Of a stretch of 64,000 nt of DNA, positions 1 to 9,886 are shown in pieces (position 1 is the first letter of the stretch; each line of letters begins with the position of its first letter). The notes below the pieces were generated by a model, which saw only the letters and a list, made by a program, of their open reading frames with translations, was not told the DNA's origin and made no database searches. A program made the position numbers and the translations under genes. The stretch is from Nibricoccus sp. (GTDB taxonomy: Bacteria > Verrucomicrobiota > Verrucomicrobiia > Opitutales > Opitutaceae), in the NCBI GenBank assembly GCA_047602425.1, contig JASGHG010000001.1:2368001-2432000 (forward strand). The letters run 5' to 3'.

Positions 1-2846
1 TTCAGCCCGGCGAGGAGTTTCTTCAACTGTTCGACGTGGCCGCGAACCGTCGCGATGCCGGCGTCATTGGATTGATCGGTCTTCTGGATACCGTCGACAA
101 GGGCGGCCGGGAGCTGGGCGGCGAGTTCGCCGAGCAGGCGGGCCGACTGAACGGCGAGCTGATCGACGCCGGCGCGGATGCCGAGGCCGTATTCAGCATT
201 GTCTTCGAATAGTGAGTTGGACCAGGCGGGGCCGCGACCCTCGGGGGTCGTGGTGTAAGGTGTGGTCGGCAGATTGCCGCCGTAGATGGAGGAACAGCCG
301 GTGGCGTTGGCCACGAGGAGGCGGTCGCCGTAGAGCTGGGTGAGCAGCTTGACGTACGGGGTTTCGCCGCAGCCCGTGCAGGCGCCGGAGTATTCGAACA
401 GCGGCTGGCGGAACTGGGTGCCCTTGACGGTATCCTGCAACAGCGCGGCGGGGGCCGGCGGCAGTTTTAGGAAGAAGTCGTAGTTGTTGCGCTCCTGTAC
501 ACGCAGCGGAGGCTGCGGAGCCATCATGAGGGCTTTGCGCTTGATGTCGGACTTGTCCTTCGCAGGGCAGACCTTGGCGCAGAGCGTGCAGCCGGTGCAA
601 TCTTCCGGAGCGACCTGGATGGTGTACAGGTGGTTCGGCACATCTTTGACCTTGAGGTCGGTCTTTTTAAACGTCTCAGGAGCGCCGGCGGCGGCGTCCT
701 TCGGATAAGCGGCACAACGGATGGCGGCGTGCGGGCAAACCATGACGCACTTGTTGCACTGAATGCAGAGCGATGGATCCCACACGGGAATTTCGAGGGC
801 GATATTGCGTTTTTCCCACTGCGTGGTCGAAACGGGGAACTGGCCGTCAGCGGCAAACGCACTGACCGGCAGGCGGTCGCCATCACCGGCCATCATGACG
901 GCGGTGATGCGCTTGACGTAGTCGGGCGCGACAGCGGCGACGACGGGCTGGCGAGCTTCCTTCGCGGTAACGGCGCAAGGAACCTTGATCTCGTGCAAAG
1001 CGGCGAGCGAGGCATCGACGGCGGCGTGGTTCTTGGCCACGACGGCGTCGCCCTTCTTGCCGTAGGTTTTCTTGATCGCGTATTTGATCGCCTCGATGGC
1101 TTCCTCACGCGGCAGAACACCGGAGAGGGCGAAGAAACACGTCTGCATGACGGTGTTGATCTGGCCACCCATGCCGGCGGCGCGGGCGACGGAGTAAGCG
1201 TCGATGGCGAAGAGTTTCAATTTCTTCGCGATGATCGTGCTCTGAACTTCGCGTGGCAGACGATCCCAAACCTGATCGGCGGGGACGTTGAGATTGATCA
1301 GGAGCGTGGCGCCGGTTGCGGCCTGGCCGAGCACTTCGATGCGTTCCATGAACGGGAAGTGGTGGATGGCGACGAAGCTGGCCTGGCTGATGAGGTACGG
1401 CGAGCGAATCGGCTTCGGGCCGAAGCGCAGGTGAGAGACGGTCATCGCGCCGGACTTCTTCGAGTCATAAACGAAGTAGCCTTGGGCGTAGAGATCGGTT
1501 CCCTCGCCGATGATCTTGATGGAATTCTTGTTCGCACCGACGGTGCCGTCAGCGCCCAGTCCGTAGAACAGCGCGCGGCGGGTGTCGGGCGTTTCGATGT
1601 CGAACGTCTCGTCGTAGTTGAGCGAAAGGCGGGTGACATCGTCGTTGATGCCGACGGTGAAACGCTTCTTCGGGCTGGCGGATTTGAGCTCGTCGAACAC
1701 GGCTTTGACCATCGCGGGCGTGAACTCTTTCGAGCCGAGGCCGTAGCGGCCGCCGACGATGGAAACCTTGCCGCAGCGGTCGCTCTCGTAGAGGGCAGTG
1801 GCGACGTCCTGGAACAGTGGTTCGCCGAGGGCGCCCGGTTCCTTGGTGCGATCGAGAACAGCGATGCTCTTCACCGTCTTCGGCAGCGCGGCTAACATGG
1901 CTTTCGCGTCGAACGGACGGAAGAGACGCACGGTGACGACGCCGGTCTTTTCGCCCTTGGCGTTGAGGAAGGCGGAGGTTTCGGCGACGGTCTCGGCGCC
2001 GGAGCCCATGATAACAACGACGCGCTCAGCATCGGGTGCACCTTCGTAGTCGAAGAGGTTGTATTTGCGGCCGGTGCGGGCAGCGAGGTCGGCAAAGGCT
2101 TCCTGCACGGCGCCAGCGACGGCATCGTAGTAGGAGTTGCAAGCTTCGCGGGCTTGGAAGAACACGTCGGGATTCTGCGCGGTGCCGCGAATCGAAGGAC
2201 GATCAGGCGTGAGGGCGTGTTCGCGGAAAACTTTGAGCGCCTTCTCGTCGATCATCGAGCGCACGTCGTCGTCACTGAGGATCGAGATCTTCTGCACTTC
2301 ATGGGAAGTACGGAAGCCGTCGAAGAAATGCATGAACGGCACGCGAGTTTTCAGCGTGACCGAGTGGGAAATAGCGGCGAAGTCGTGGGCTTCCTGCACG
2401 GAGTTCGAGCAGAGCATGGCGACGCCAGTCTGACGACACGACATGACGTCCGAGTGGTCGCCGAAGATCGACAACGCATGTGTGGCGAGCGCGCGGGCCG
2501 TCACGTGGATGACGAATGGATGAAGTTCGCCGGCGATCTTGTAGAGATTCGGGATCATCAACAGGAGGCCCTGCGATGCGGTGAACGTGGCGGACAAAGC
2601 GCCAGCTTGGAGAGCGCCGTGTACGGCACCGGCGGCGCCGCCTTCGGACTGCATCTCAATGACTTCGGGAGTGTGGCCCCAGAGATTCTTCTTCTTTTTG
2701 GCGGCCCATTCATCGACCCATTCGCCCATGGGCGAAGAGGGGGTAATGGGGTAGATCGCGAAAAGTTCGCAAACTCGGAAGGCTACGTTGGCCACGGCCT
2801 CGTTGGCATCGAGGGTGGATTTTTCGGTGGAGAGCGGCTTGATCAC
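1..2846 (-). CDS. nifJ: Pyruvate:ferredoxin (flavodoxin) oxidoreductase, 3' end outside window
   Basis: Minus-strand translation from GTG at 2846 gives DANEAVA..AIYPITPSSPMGEW; later GLGADGTVGANKNS, ferredoxin CxxCxxCxxxCP motifs and FEYSGACTGCGETPY. Not in the ORF track because it has no stop in the window. Confidence 0.93.
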   Translation of the reverse strand, partial: MIKPLSTEKSTLDANEAVANVAFRVCELFAIYPITPSSPMGEWVDEWAAKKKKNLWGHTPEVIEMQSEGGAAGAVHGALQAGALSATFTASQGLLLMIPNLYKIAGELHPFVIHVTARALATHALSIFGDHSDVMSCRQTGVAMLCSNSVQEAHDFAAISHSVTLKTRVPFMHFFDGFRTSHEVQKISILSDDDVRSMIDEKALKVFREHALTPDRPSIRGTAQNPDVFFQAREACNSYYDAVAGAVQEAFADLAARTGRKYNLFDYEGAPDAERVVVIMGSGAETVAETSAFLNAKGEKTGVVTVRLFRPFDAKAMLAALPKTVKSIAVLDRTKEPGALGEPLFQDVATALYESDRCGKVSIVGGRYGLGSKEFTPAMVKAVFDELKSASPKKRFTVGINDDVTRLSLNYDETFDIETPDTRRALFYGLGADGTVGANKNSIKIIGEGTDLYAQGYFVYDSKKSGAMTVSHLRFGPKPIRSPYLISQASFVAIHHFPFMERIEVLGQAATGATLLINLNVPADQVWDRLPREVQSTIIAKKLKLFAIDAYSVARAAGMGGQINTVMQTCFFALSGVLPREEAIEAIKYAIKKTYGKKGDAVVAKNHAAVDASLAALHEIKVPCAVTAKEARQPVVAAVAPDYVKRITAVMMAGDGDRLPVSAFAADGQFPVSTTQWEKRNIALEIPVWDPSLCIQCNKCVMVCPHAAIRCAAYPKDAAAGAPETFKKTDLKVKDVPNHLYTIQVAPEDCTGCTLCAKVCPAKDKSDIKRKALMMAPQPPLRVQERNNYDFFLKLPPAPAALLQDTVKGTQFRQPLFEYSGACTGCGETPYVKLLTQLYGDRLLVANATGCSSIYGGNLPTTPYTTTPEGRGPAWSNSLFEDNAEYGLGIRAGVDQLAVQSARLLGELAAQLPAALVDGIQKTDQSNDAGIATVRGHVEQLKKLLAGL

Positions 2847-3064
2847 GACGTTAACATAACGCGGACACGTGCTGTCTGCAAAGCGGTCGTTGGCCATCGC
2901 TGCGCATTTTTTGCGTAGGGAAAACTTATTGTATCTATTAGTCTCATACATGTGAGCTTAAGGGAAAAGTTTTTCGTCTCGGCCAATCGGCAGCAGGGAA
3001 GTGAAACTTGCCATTGCTAGAAAAGAGTTTGGCAGGCACCCGCGCTTGTTGTGGTGTTGGACGC

Positions 3065-3607
3065 ATGACGCCTTCCGAGCTGATCAAATCCAAAATCCGC
3101 ACCGTGCGCGGCTGGCCCAAGGTCGGCGTGAATTTTCGCGACGTCACCACGCTGTTTCACGAGCCTGAGGCCTTTCGCGCCGCGATCGATGCTTTTGCCG
3201 AGGATTGCGAGAAACAGAAGATCGACATCCTCGCGGCGGTTGATGCGCGCGGTTTCATCTTGGGCGGCGCTCTGGCCTATCGGCTCAACAAGCCCTTCGC
3301 CCTCGTGCGAAAAAAGGGCAAGCTTCCCTTCAAAACCCTTTCTGAAGACTATAGCCTCGAATACGGCACGGCCACGGTTGAGATCCACGCCGACGCGTGC
3401 AAACCCGGCGACCGCATCCTCATCATCGACGACTTGATTGCGACCGGGGGTACGTTGCTCGCGGCGGCAAAACTTTTTCGTCTGCTGCACGGCGAAGTGG
3501 TGGGCGTGGCGGCGGTGATCGATTTACCGGAACTGGGTGGTTCGGCACGCTTGCGTTCAGCCGGCCTCTCTGTGCACGCGCTGTGCGAATTTTCCGAAAA
3601 CGAATAG
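3065..3607 (+). CDS. apt: Adenine phosphoribosyltransferase
   Basis: WPKVGVNFRD, DARGF, RKKGKLP, YSLEYG and PRPP motif IIDDLIATGGT; ATG at 3065. Confidence 0.95.
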   Translation: MTPSELIKSKIRTVRGWPKVGVNFRDVTTLFHEPEAFRAAIDAFAEDCEKQKIDILAAVDARGFILGGALAYRLNKPFALVRKKGKLPFKTLSEDYSLEYGTATVEIHADACKPGDRILIIDDLIATGGTLLAAAKLFRLLHGEVVGVAAVIDLPELGGSARLRSAGLSVHALCEFSENE

Positions 3608-3743
3608 GATAAGCCCTGCTTTTCGCGCGCGCATGTGAGGCGAAAAACGGATGAGAGCGGAGGTTTTGAAAAGATCTCCTAATAGAATTTATAAATTCTT
3701 TGGGTAGGGCTTGTGGCGATAGTTTACGGCAGCAACTTTCGGC

Positions 3744-5636
3744 ATGACACGCAGGCTACTTCTGGTCGAAGACGACCGGCCAGTTCTTATCGTGACGGCA
3801 GAGCTTTTGAAACGGACGGGTTGTGAAATCGTCACAGCTGATTCCGCGCCAGCGGCGATCGCGCGTCTGCAGCACGAGAAATTCGATTTGTTAGTCACGG
3901 ATTTTTTCCTAGGAGACCGCACCGCCGAAGAAGTGATTAAGACACTTCGCGCCGCACACCCTTCGGTTCCGATCATCGTCGTGACGGGTGACATCGACTC
4001 GGTTCCCGAGTGGATCAAGCAACCGGGCGTGGTTGAACAAATATTTTCGAAGCCATTTTCGTCGGCTCAATTGGTGCGCGCCGTCAGCGACGCCTTGGAG
4101 CCAACCGGTGAGACTCAAGCCAAGGCTCGGGCCGCGGCGCCGGAGCCAGTCGATTTCAGATTGCCCAAGGGAATTGAGGAAATGGTGCACCGCGCCGTCG
4201 ACGACGAGAGCATCGTGGCCATTACGGATAAAAAAGGTTCTATTGTTTACGCCAACGACCGCTTCTGCGAAATCTCCGGTTATAGCCGGAGCGAATTGCT
4301 GGGCCGCAACCATCGGTTGCTCAAATCCGATCAGCATCCGCCGGCTTTCTATAAAACACTTTGGGGCACGATCCTCAGTGGCCGTGTGTGGCGCGGAGAA
4401 ATCTGCAACAAGGCCAAGGATGGTCATCTCTATTTCGTCGACACGATTATCTCGCCCTTGCGCAGCGAGGGTTTGATCACGCACTTCCTTGCGTTGCGCA
4501 CCGACATCACGGCTAAAAAGGAGATCGAAAAAGAACTGATCCGGCAGCATCAGCGCGAGGAGGAAGATCGCCGGATGACCGCGCTCGGCCGGATGGCCAA
4601 CGGCTTCTTGCATGATCTCAATAATGTACTCACCGGCGTAATGGGCATTGCGACGGAGGCAAGCGGTGCCGCGCGCGACGCGATGTTGCAAGACGCGATC
4701 AGCCGCATGGCGCAGCTCACTCGAACCCTGCGCGATTATTCCGCAGGGCGTCCGTCGAAAGTGGAATCCTTCCCCTTGAATCCGCTGCTGTCTTGTGCTT
4801 GTTCGTTGGTTCGTCACCGCAAGGGCGCGCCGCCCGGACTGAGCATCGTCGAACAGACGACGGAAACGCGCAAAGTCGAGGTCGTCGGCTGCGAGGCTCA
4901 AATTTTCGAAGTCGTACTCAACTTGGTCATCAACGCCATGGAGGCTGTCGCCGAAGTGCCTTCGCCGCGAGTAGTGCTTCATGCAAGCCGCGCGGGCCGC
5001 GACGTGGTCATAACCGTCGAGGATAACGGCCCGGGCGTTCCTCTGGCCGTGGCGGACAATATCTTTGAACCCTACACTTCGTCGAAAGGCGCGGGTCGCG
5101 GCATAGGACTTTCCGTCGCGCGCAGCATCGCAACGGCGCACAACGGAAATCTCCAGCTTGAGTCTGCTGGCGGTGACGGAAAAGGCGCGCGGTTTCGTTT
5201 CACCCTGCCAGCCCGCGAAACGGCGCCGGCGGTTCCGGTGGAAAATGCAACACCGGCCGGTCCTCGCCGCATCGTTCTCGTTTCCGAGGATGAAGTCGAC
5301 GTTCGCCGCTTGATCACCAGGAGCGCCAGCGAAATCGGACTCACCGTCATGAGCGCCGGCGACACCGCCGACCTGCTCGCGCTCGCGGCACAAATGAAGG
5401 AAGTTCTCGCCGCCGCGATTATCGACAATTGTGAAGTCGAATCCGAACAGGGCGCCGTGGCCTGCCTGCGTCGAATCTCGCCGGATCTGCCGATTATCCT
5501 GATTTCTGCAAAACTAACGACCCGGGGCCGAAGCTCAACGCCGTGGGGCGAAGTGGAAAATATCCCGAAGCCCTTCGAGGGCGAAGCGCTCCAGCGCGCC
5601 TTGACCACGTCGGTCTCACGGACCGCCACCCGTTGA
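3744..5636 (+). CDS. Hybrid sensor histidine kinase (REC-PAS-HisKA-HATPase-REC)
   Basis: N-terminal receiver, PAS (YANDRFCEISGY, WRGEICNKAKDG), H-box HDLNN, N/G boxes (NLVINA, DNGPG, GRGIGL), degenerate C-terminal receiver. Confidence 0.9.
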   Translation: MTRRLLLVEDDRPVLIVTAELLKRTGCEIVTADSAPAAIARLQHEKFDLLVTDFFLGDRTAEEVIKTLRAAHPSVPIIVVTGDIDSVPEWIKQPGVVEQIFSKPFSSAQLVRAVSDALEPTGETQAKARAAAPEPVDFRLPKGIEEMVHRAVDDESIVAITDKKGSIVYANDRFCEISGYSRSELLGRNHRLLKSDQHPPAFYKTLWGTILSGRVWRGEICNKAKDGHLYFVDTIISPLRSEGLITHFLALRTDITAKKEIEKELIRQHQREEEDRRMTALGRMANGFLHDLNNVLTGVMGIATEASGAARDAMLQDAISRMAQLTRTLRDYSAGRPSKVESFPLNPLLSCACSLVRHRKGAPPGLSIVEQTTETRKVEVVGCEAQIFEVVLNLVINAMEAVAEVPSPRVVLHASRAGRDVVITVEDNGPGVPLAVADNIFEPYTSSKGAGRGIGLSVARSIATAHNGNLQLESAGGDGKGARFRFTLPARETAPAVPVENATPAGPRRIVLVSEDEVDVRRLITRSASEIGLTVMSAGDTADLLALAAQMKEVLAAAIIDNCEVESEQGAVACLRRISPDLPIILISAKLTTRGRSSTPWGEVENIPKPFEGEALQRALTTSVSRTATR

Positions 5637-5688
5637 GTGGGATCACGACGGGCTTGAAAAACGCCGCGCTTGGCACCGTGTTTACTGC

Positions 5689-6669
5689 ATGCCCGCGCCG
5701 CTGACGATCTGGACCAACGCCAAACTTGCCGAACCAGCTCATAGGTTACTTGTCGAGGGAGTGAAACCGCATCGGCTCGTGATCGACGCGAACTCCTCCG
5801 CGTCCGTCCTTGCCGGCGGTGCAGCTGATCCTGCGCTTGCCGACGCCGACATCGCTTTCGGCCAGCCGCATGTCGAGTCCTGCATCGAAAACACGAAATT
5901 GCGGTGGATCGAGCTGACTTCGGCCGGCTTTACACGTTACGACCGTGAGGATTTTCGCGAAGCATTGCGACGACGCGGAGGCATTTTCACCAATGCCTCC
6001 AGCGTTTTTGCGGAGCCTTGTGCACAACACGCGCTGGCGATGATGCTGGCCTGCGCCCGCCAGCTTTTGCCCGCTCACCGTGACCAACTTGGCAATCGTC
6101 CCTGGCGGCATCTGGAGCTCCGTTCCGAGTCGCGCCTACTGAACGGCCAGATAGTTCTTTTGCTTGGTTATGGCGCCATTGGCCGCCGTGTGGCCGAGTT
6201 GCTCGCGCCATTTCGGATGAAAATCTACGCGGTGCGTCGCAAAACCTACAGCGAGCCCGGCGTGCACATCATTCCAGAGGAAATGCTCAGCTCGGTCATC
6301 GCCACGGCCGACCACGTGGTCAATGTTCTCCCGGAGAACCCATCCACGCTCAATTACGTCAATGCCCGGCGCCTTGGCTGGTGCAAACGTGGCGCACGCT
6401 TCTATAACGTGGGCCGCGGCACCACGGTGGATCAAAACGCTTTGGCGGAATCGCTTGGTTCAGGTCGGCTCGGGGCCGCTTATCTCGACGTCACCGATCC
6501 CGAACCGCTGCCTCCCTCGCATCCGCTTTGGGAGGCGCCGAATTGTTTCATCACGCCGCACTCTGCCGGCGGCCGCCACGATCAGGACGAGGCGTTGGTT
6601 CAACATTTTCTTGGTAATCTCAAAAACTACCTTGCCGGGGGCGAAACCTGGACAGACCGGGTGCTGTAA
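5689..6669 (+). CDS. D-2-hydroxyacid dehydrogenase family protein
   Basis: GYGAIG Rossmann motif, NVGRG, LDVTDPEPLP, ITPHSAG. Confidence 0.9.
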   Translation: MPAPLTIWTNAKLAEPAHRLLVEGVKPHRLVIDANSSASVLAGGAADPALADADIAFGQPHVESCIENTKLRWIELTSAGFTRYDREDFREALRRRGGIFTNASSVFAEPCAQHALAMMLACARQLLPAHRDQLGNRPWRHLELRSESRLLNGQIVLLLGYGAIGRRVAELLAPFRMKIYAVRRKTYSEPGVHIIPEEMLSSVIATADHVVNVLPENPSTLNYVNARRLGWCKRGARFYNVGRGTTVDQNALAESLGSGRLGAAYLDVTDPEPLPPSHPLWEAPNCFITPHSAGGRHDQDEALVQHFLGNLKNYLAGGETWTDRVL

Positions 6670-6697
6670 GCGGGTGACATGAACCGGGCGCCGCAGC

Positions 6698-8614
6698 CTA
6701 CACCCAACGCGAAAGCTCTGCGAGACGCTCGTTTGAAGATCTACCGGTTGGTTCGGCCTCCGATGACCACCATGGTTGCTGTTTCTTCAGAATGCGAAGC
6801 GTGGCACCATCGATCAGCGCGGAAAAGTCCCGCGCTTCGAGGAAATTGTCCTCACGCGCGTTGCTGCCGACGACGAGATTGGCGAGCCAGCTTTCTCCTC
6901 CAGCTTCATGCATGGAACGGAGAAGCGGCATTGCCGTGAGGGACGCGATCAAGGAACTGTTGGCGCCCAGTTCGGCGCATTCGGGTTTTTGTTCGCCGAG
7001 CAACGCGCGCATCAGCGAGGCGCCATTTGGACCGCGTACGATTGGGCCCAACTCATCCTTGGAATTTTGCACGAGAGTGTTTTTGCGCGTATAGGCGATG
7101 GGAAAGCCTCCGTCGATCAACCAGAGTTGCCGCCCTGTCGTTATTTTATGGATACGCACGTGGGCGTTTGGCGTCGCGACAATCCAGGTTCGGATTTCGA
7201 CGTCGGGCCAGGGCTGCCAGCGGGAATAGGCGACGCCATCCTTGAGCGCGCCGTTTTCGCAATGCTCGCGCACGCGGAAAAAGCGGTTGTTGTCGCTGAC
7301 CGAGATGCCGTTGTCCAAGCCACCCTCTGCCAACGTGGGCGCGCCCGCGGGCACGTTGAAGCCGAAGCGTGTGGAGTATGCACATTTTGAATACTTGTGT
7401 GGCGCATTGCGCGGCCAATCGTAGACCGGCTGTCCGGGGGTAAGCGCCGTGATCTCGCGACGCACGGGGTCGGTGGCGATGATCTGGTTGGCGTTGGGAA
7501 TTGTCACAACCGCCCGGCGTGGCGGCAGCGGCTCTTCCTCGGCTTTCCAAAAAGGATGATTTTTGGCCAGGGCGAGCGGCAGGAACGCCTTGAGCGCCCA
7601 GTATGGCGAGTCGGGCGAGTTATAGCTCTCGGCCATGTGCAGATTCGGATATGCATAACCGATCGTAAGCAGGCCGGTTTCGGAAAAAATCGGCTGCTGC
7701 ATCCACCAGCGCAGATGGCGGAGGTAAAGGCCCTTGATCACGCCCCACGGCAGAGCCTCGACTGAGGCAAACGCCAGTCCACCCCAGAATGAACCTTGGG
7801 CGAAACGATAGGTTAGACTTCGTCCGAATGGCAAAGCCGAACCATCAGCAGAGAAATAATAAACGAAATCGCGCGCAAAGGAGCGGGCGCGCTCGACATA
7901 GCGGGCCGCGCGCGTCGGATCGGAATCCGAGGCGAGGCGCGCATAGATCAGGCTATAGAGATGAAACGCCATCGGAATGTAGTAATCGCCGAGTCGCCCA
8001 TCGCGAAAGCCGGGCGGATAGGTTTTCCCATCCGAGTACCAGCCGTCGCCAAGATAAAATTGATCGATTTGATCAAGGTCCGCGTGGATGCGATCGGGCG
8101 ACCAAGGCTGGCCGCAGCGGCGCAATCCGAGATTCACGAGCACGCGGAAAAACAACCAGTTGCTCTGCACCAGCTTCACTTCGTTGATGTGTTGCAGCCA
8201 GATGGAGAGGCGTTTTTTAGCGTCGCTGGAGAGCGGATCCCAGACGGTCTTGGGCGTGAGGGCGAGCCCGAAGCCGATGGCGGCTTGTTCGACACTGCGT
8301 TGATCGTAGTCGCCGGCCAGTCCCCAATATTCTTGGTGCGAAGGATTGGTTCCAGAATCGAGCCCCTCGCGCCAGAGCGACCAGTGTTTGAAATCGCCAT
8401 CTCCGGCCGTCAGCGGCACAAGTCCCCAGAGCGGGCGGGCAAAACCTTCGAGCCAGCCCGGAGGATCGCCGTACAGCGCGCGGTTTTCGCCGAGGTGCAC
8501 TTCGGCGCGGCCCTTCGAGAAGTGCGGCACGATGGGTTCGACCAGGTCGCGCAGAAGCTGCTGAACATCGGCGCGTGTGCGCAGTGGGTTGGTCGAAAAA
8601 GGCAGTGGATTCAT
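6698..8614 (-). CDS. DUF2264 family protein (putative glycan-processing enzyme)
   Basis: LEGFARPLWG, DQRSVE, NWLFF, GRSLTYRFA, YNSPDSPYWALK; likely start MNPLPFS. Confidence 0.8.
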   Translation of the reverse strand: MNPLPFSTNPLRTRADVQQLLRDLVEPIVPHFSKGRAEVHLGENRALYGDPPGWLEGFARPLWGLVPLTAGDGDFKHWSLWREGLDSGTNPSHQEYWGLAGDYDQRSVEQAAIGFGLALTPKTVWDPLSSDAKKRLSIWLQHINEVKLVQSNWLFFRVLVNLGLRRCGQPWSPDRIHADLDQIDQFYLGDGWYSDGKTYPPGFRDGRLGDYYIPMAFHLYSLIYARLASDSDPTRAARYVERARSFARDFVYYFSADGSALPFGRSLTYRFAQGSFWGGLAFASVEALPWGVIKGLYLRHLRWWMQQPIFSETGLLTIGYAYPNLHMAESYNSPDSPYWALKAFLPLALAKNHPFWKAEEEPLPPRRAVVTIPNANQIIATDPVRREITALTPGQPVYDWPRNAPHKYSKCAYSTRFGFNVPAGAPTLAEGGLDNGISVSDNNRFFRVREHCENGALKDGVAYSRWQPWPDVEIRTWIVATPNAHVRIHKITTGRQLWLIDGGFPIAYTRKNTLVQNSKDELGPIVRGPNGASLMRALLGEQKPECAELGANSSLIASLTAMPLLRSMHEAGGESWLANLVVGSNAREDNFLEARDFSALIDGATLRILKKQQPWWSSEAEPTGRSSNERLAELSRWV

Positions 8615-8652
8615 GTGGGGCAGATGAAGATCAATATGGAGGTGTCTAAAGG

Positions 8653-8964
8653 TTATTGTTCGGCTGCTGGCGGCACGGACGGTGTTTTGGGTTTTCGGTC
8701 CGCGTGACCGAGACTGCGGCCAGGTGCGATGCGATCGCGCACGAGTTGCTTGAGCTCGGTTATCTCCGGAAAGCGCCCCGCTTCCTTGCGTGACCAAACC
8801 AAGACGCCATCAGCGCGCACTTCGAAAATTCCTCCAGTGTTGGGCTTCAAAACAAACTCACCAATTTCCTCTTCGAATGTCGTCAATAACTCCTGTGCCA
8901 TCCACGCGGAGCGCAGGAGCCACCGGCATTTTGTGCAATAAGCAATCTCGATACGGTGTGTCAT
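8653..8964 (-). CDS. SelT/SelW/SelH (Rdx) family protein
   Basis: YCTKCRWLLRSAWMAQELLTTF..GGIFEV..FPE; CxxC motif. Confidence 0.9.
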   Translation of the reverse strand: MTHRIEIAYCTKCRWLLRSAWMAQELLTTFEEEIGEFVLKPNTGGIFEVRADGVLVWSRKEAGRFPEITELKQLVRDRIAPGRSLGHADRKPKTPSVPPAAEQ

Positions 8965-9015
8965 AGCAGTCTTCGATTAAGCGAACGACGCGGCGTTGGC
9001 GAGTGGTAGATGATT

Positions 9016-9846
9016 TTAAGGAGGAAAAACGAATGTCTGCAGGGACGAGGTCCGCTGGTCGTCGCGCCAGGTTCCAACCAGCGCGCCTTTTGCGGAAAAT
9101 TCCAGCAGTGAGTATCCCGTCGCGCCTAAATTTACCCCGTGACCGAGCCAATTGCAGACGAGCATTCCGCCATGGGGAAGCAGGATGAAATCGCCAAAAA
9201 AGAAGGGACGAATTTCCTCTTGGTCACCAATGCAGAGCCAGCGTCGGAGTTCTCGTCCATCGCGGTCGCATTGCACCACGAAGGCACCATATCCCGCGGA
9301 AATATAGGTGGTGCCGTCGTCATGACGAAGTGCTTTCCACGCATGCCTGAAGCCAGGTATGGAAAATTTCATAACCATCCGGCCCAACCAATCTGCCTCG
9401 GCTACAAAAGTGTCGCGGGTGAAGAGAATCGTATCTTCCCAAGTGGAACTTGCACGACGAACGTAGTCGCCCGGAAAACGGACAGAGCGAAAGAGAGCGC
9501 AGTGGGAGTCGACCTCCAGAAATTCAATCGTGTTAGATTCGGTTAAGCCGAGTCCACCGACGAACGTGCGGCCATTGCTGAGGCGCTCGGCGGAAATCAC
9601 TCCTGCGTTCGCGACGCGCAGTTCGTTCTGAAGTTGGCCAGTTCGGACGTCTATTTCCAGGACTCCGGTCTCGCACACCGCCAGCAAAACTCCGGAGGGC
9701 AACCATTGCAGCGACCGACATTTGTCTTTGAGCGGATACGTCCAAACAACCTCCTGCGCACCTCGATCGAAAAAGAGAATCCGGTCTAGTCCTTCGTCGA
9801 CCGCTCCGAACGGCGGGAGGGGAAAGGATAGCGGAGGTGGAGACAT
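9016..9846 (-). CDS. Hypothetical beta-propeller-like protein
   Basis: Repeats such as AERLSNGRTFV and ALRHDDGTTYI; start chosen at MSPPP after the GH42 stop. Confidence 0.55.
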   Translation of the reverse strand: MSPPPLSFPLPPFGAVDEGLDRILFFDRGAQEVVWTYPLKDKCRSLQWLPSGVLLAVCETGVLEIDVRTGQLQNELRVANAGVISAERLSNGRTFVGGLGLTESNTIEFLEVDSHCALFRSVRFPGDYVRRASSTWEDTILFTRDTFVAEADWLGRMVMKFSIPGFRHAWKALRHDDGTTYISAGYGAFVVQCDRDGRELRRWLCIGDQEEIRPFFFGDFILLPHGGMLVCNWLGHGVNLGATGYSLLEFSAKGALVGTWRDDQRTSSLQTFVFPP

Positions 9847-9886
9847 GGCGGGCGGTTGGTCTGTTGTGGAACCCTCGCGGCGCTGC

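Noticed and set aside
630..2918. Long plus-strand ORFs (421 aa and 254 aa)
   Set aside because: Antisense shadows of the oxidoreductase gene.
8653..8964. Selenoprotein
   Set aside because: The motif is CxxC with no in-frame TGA.
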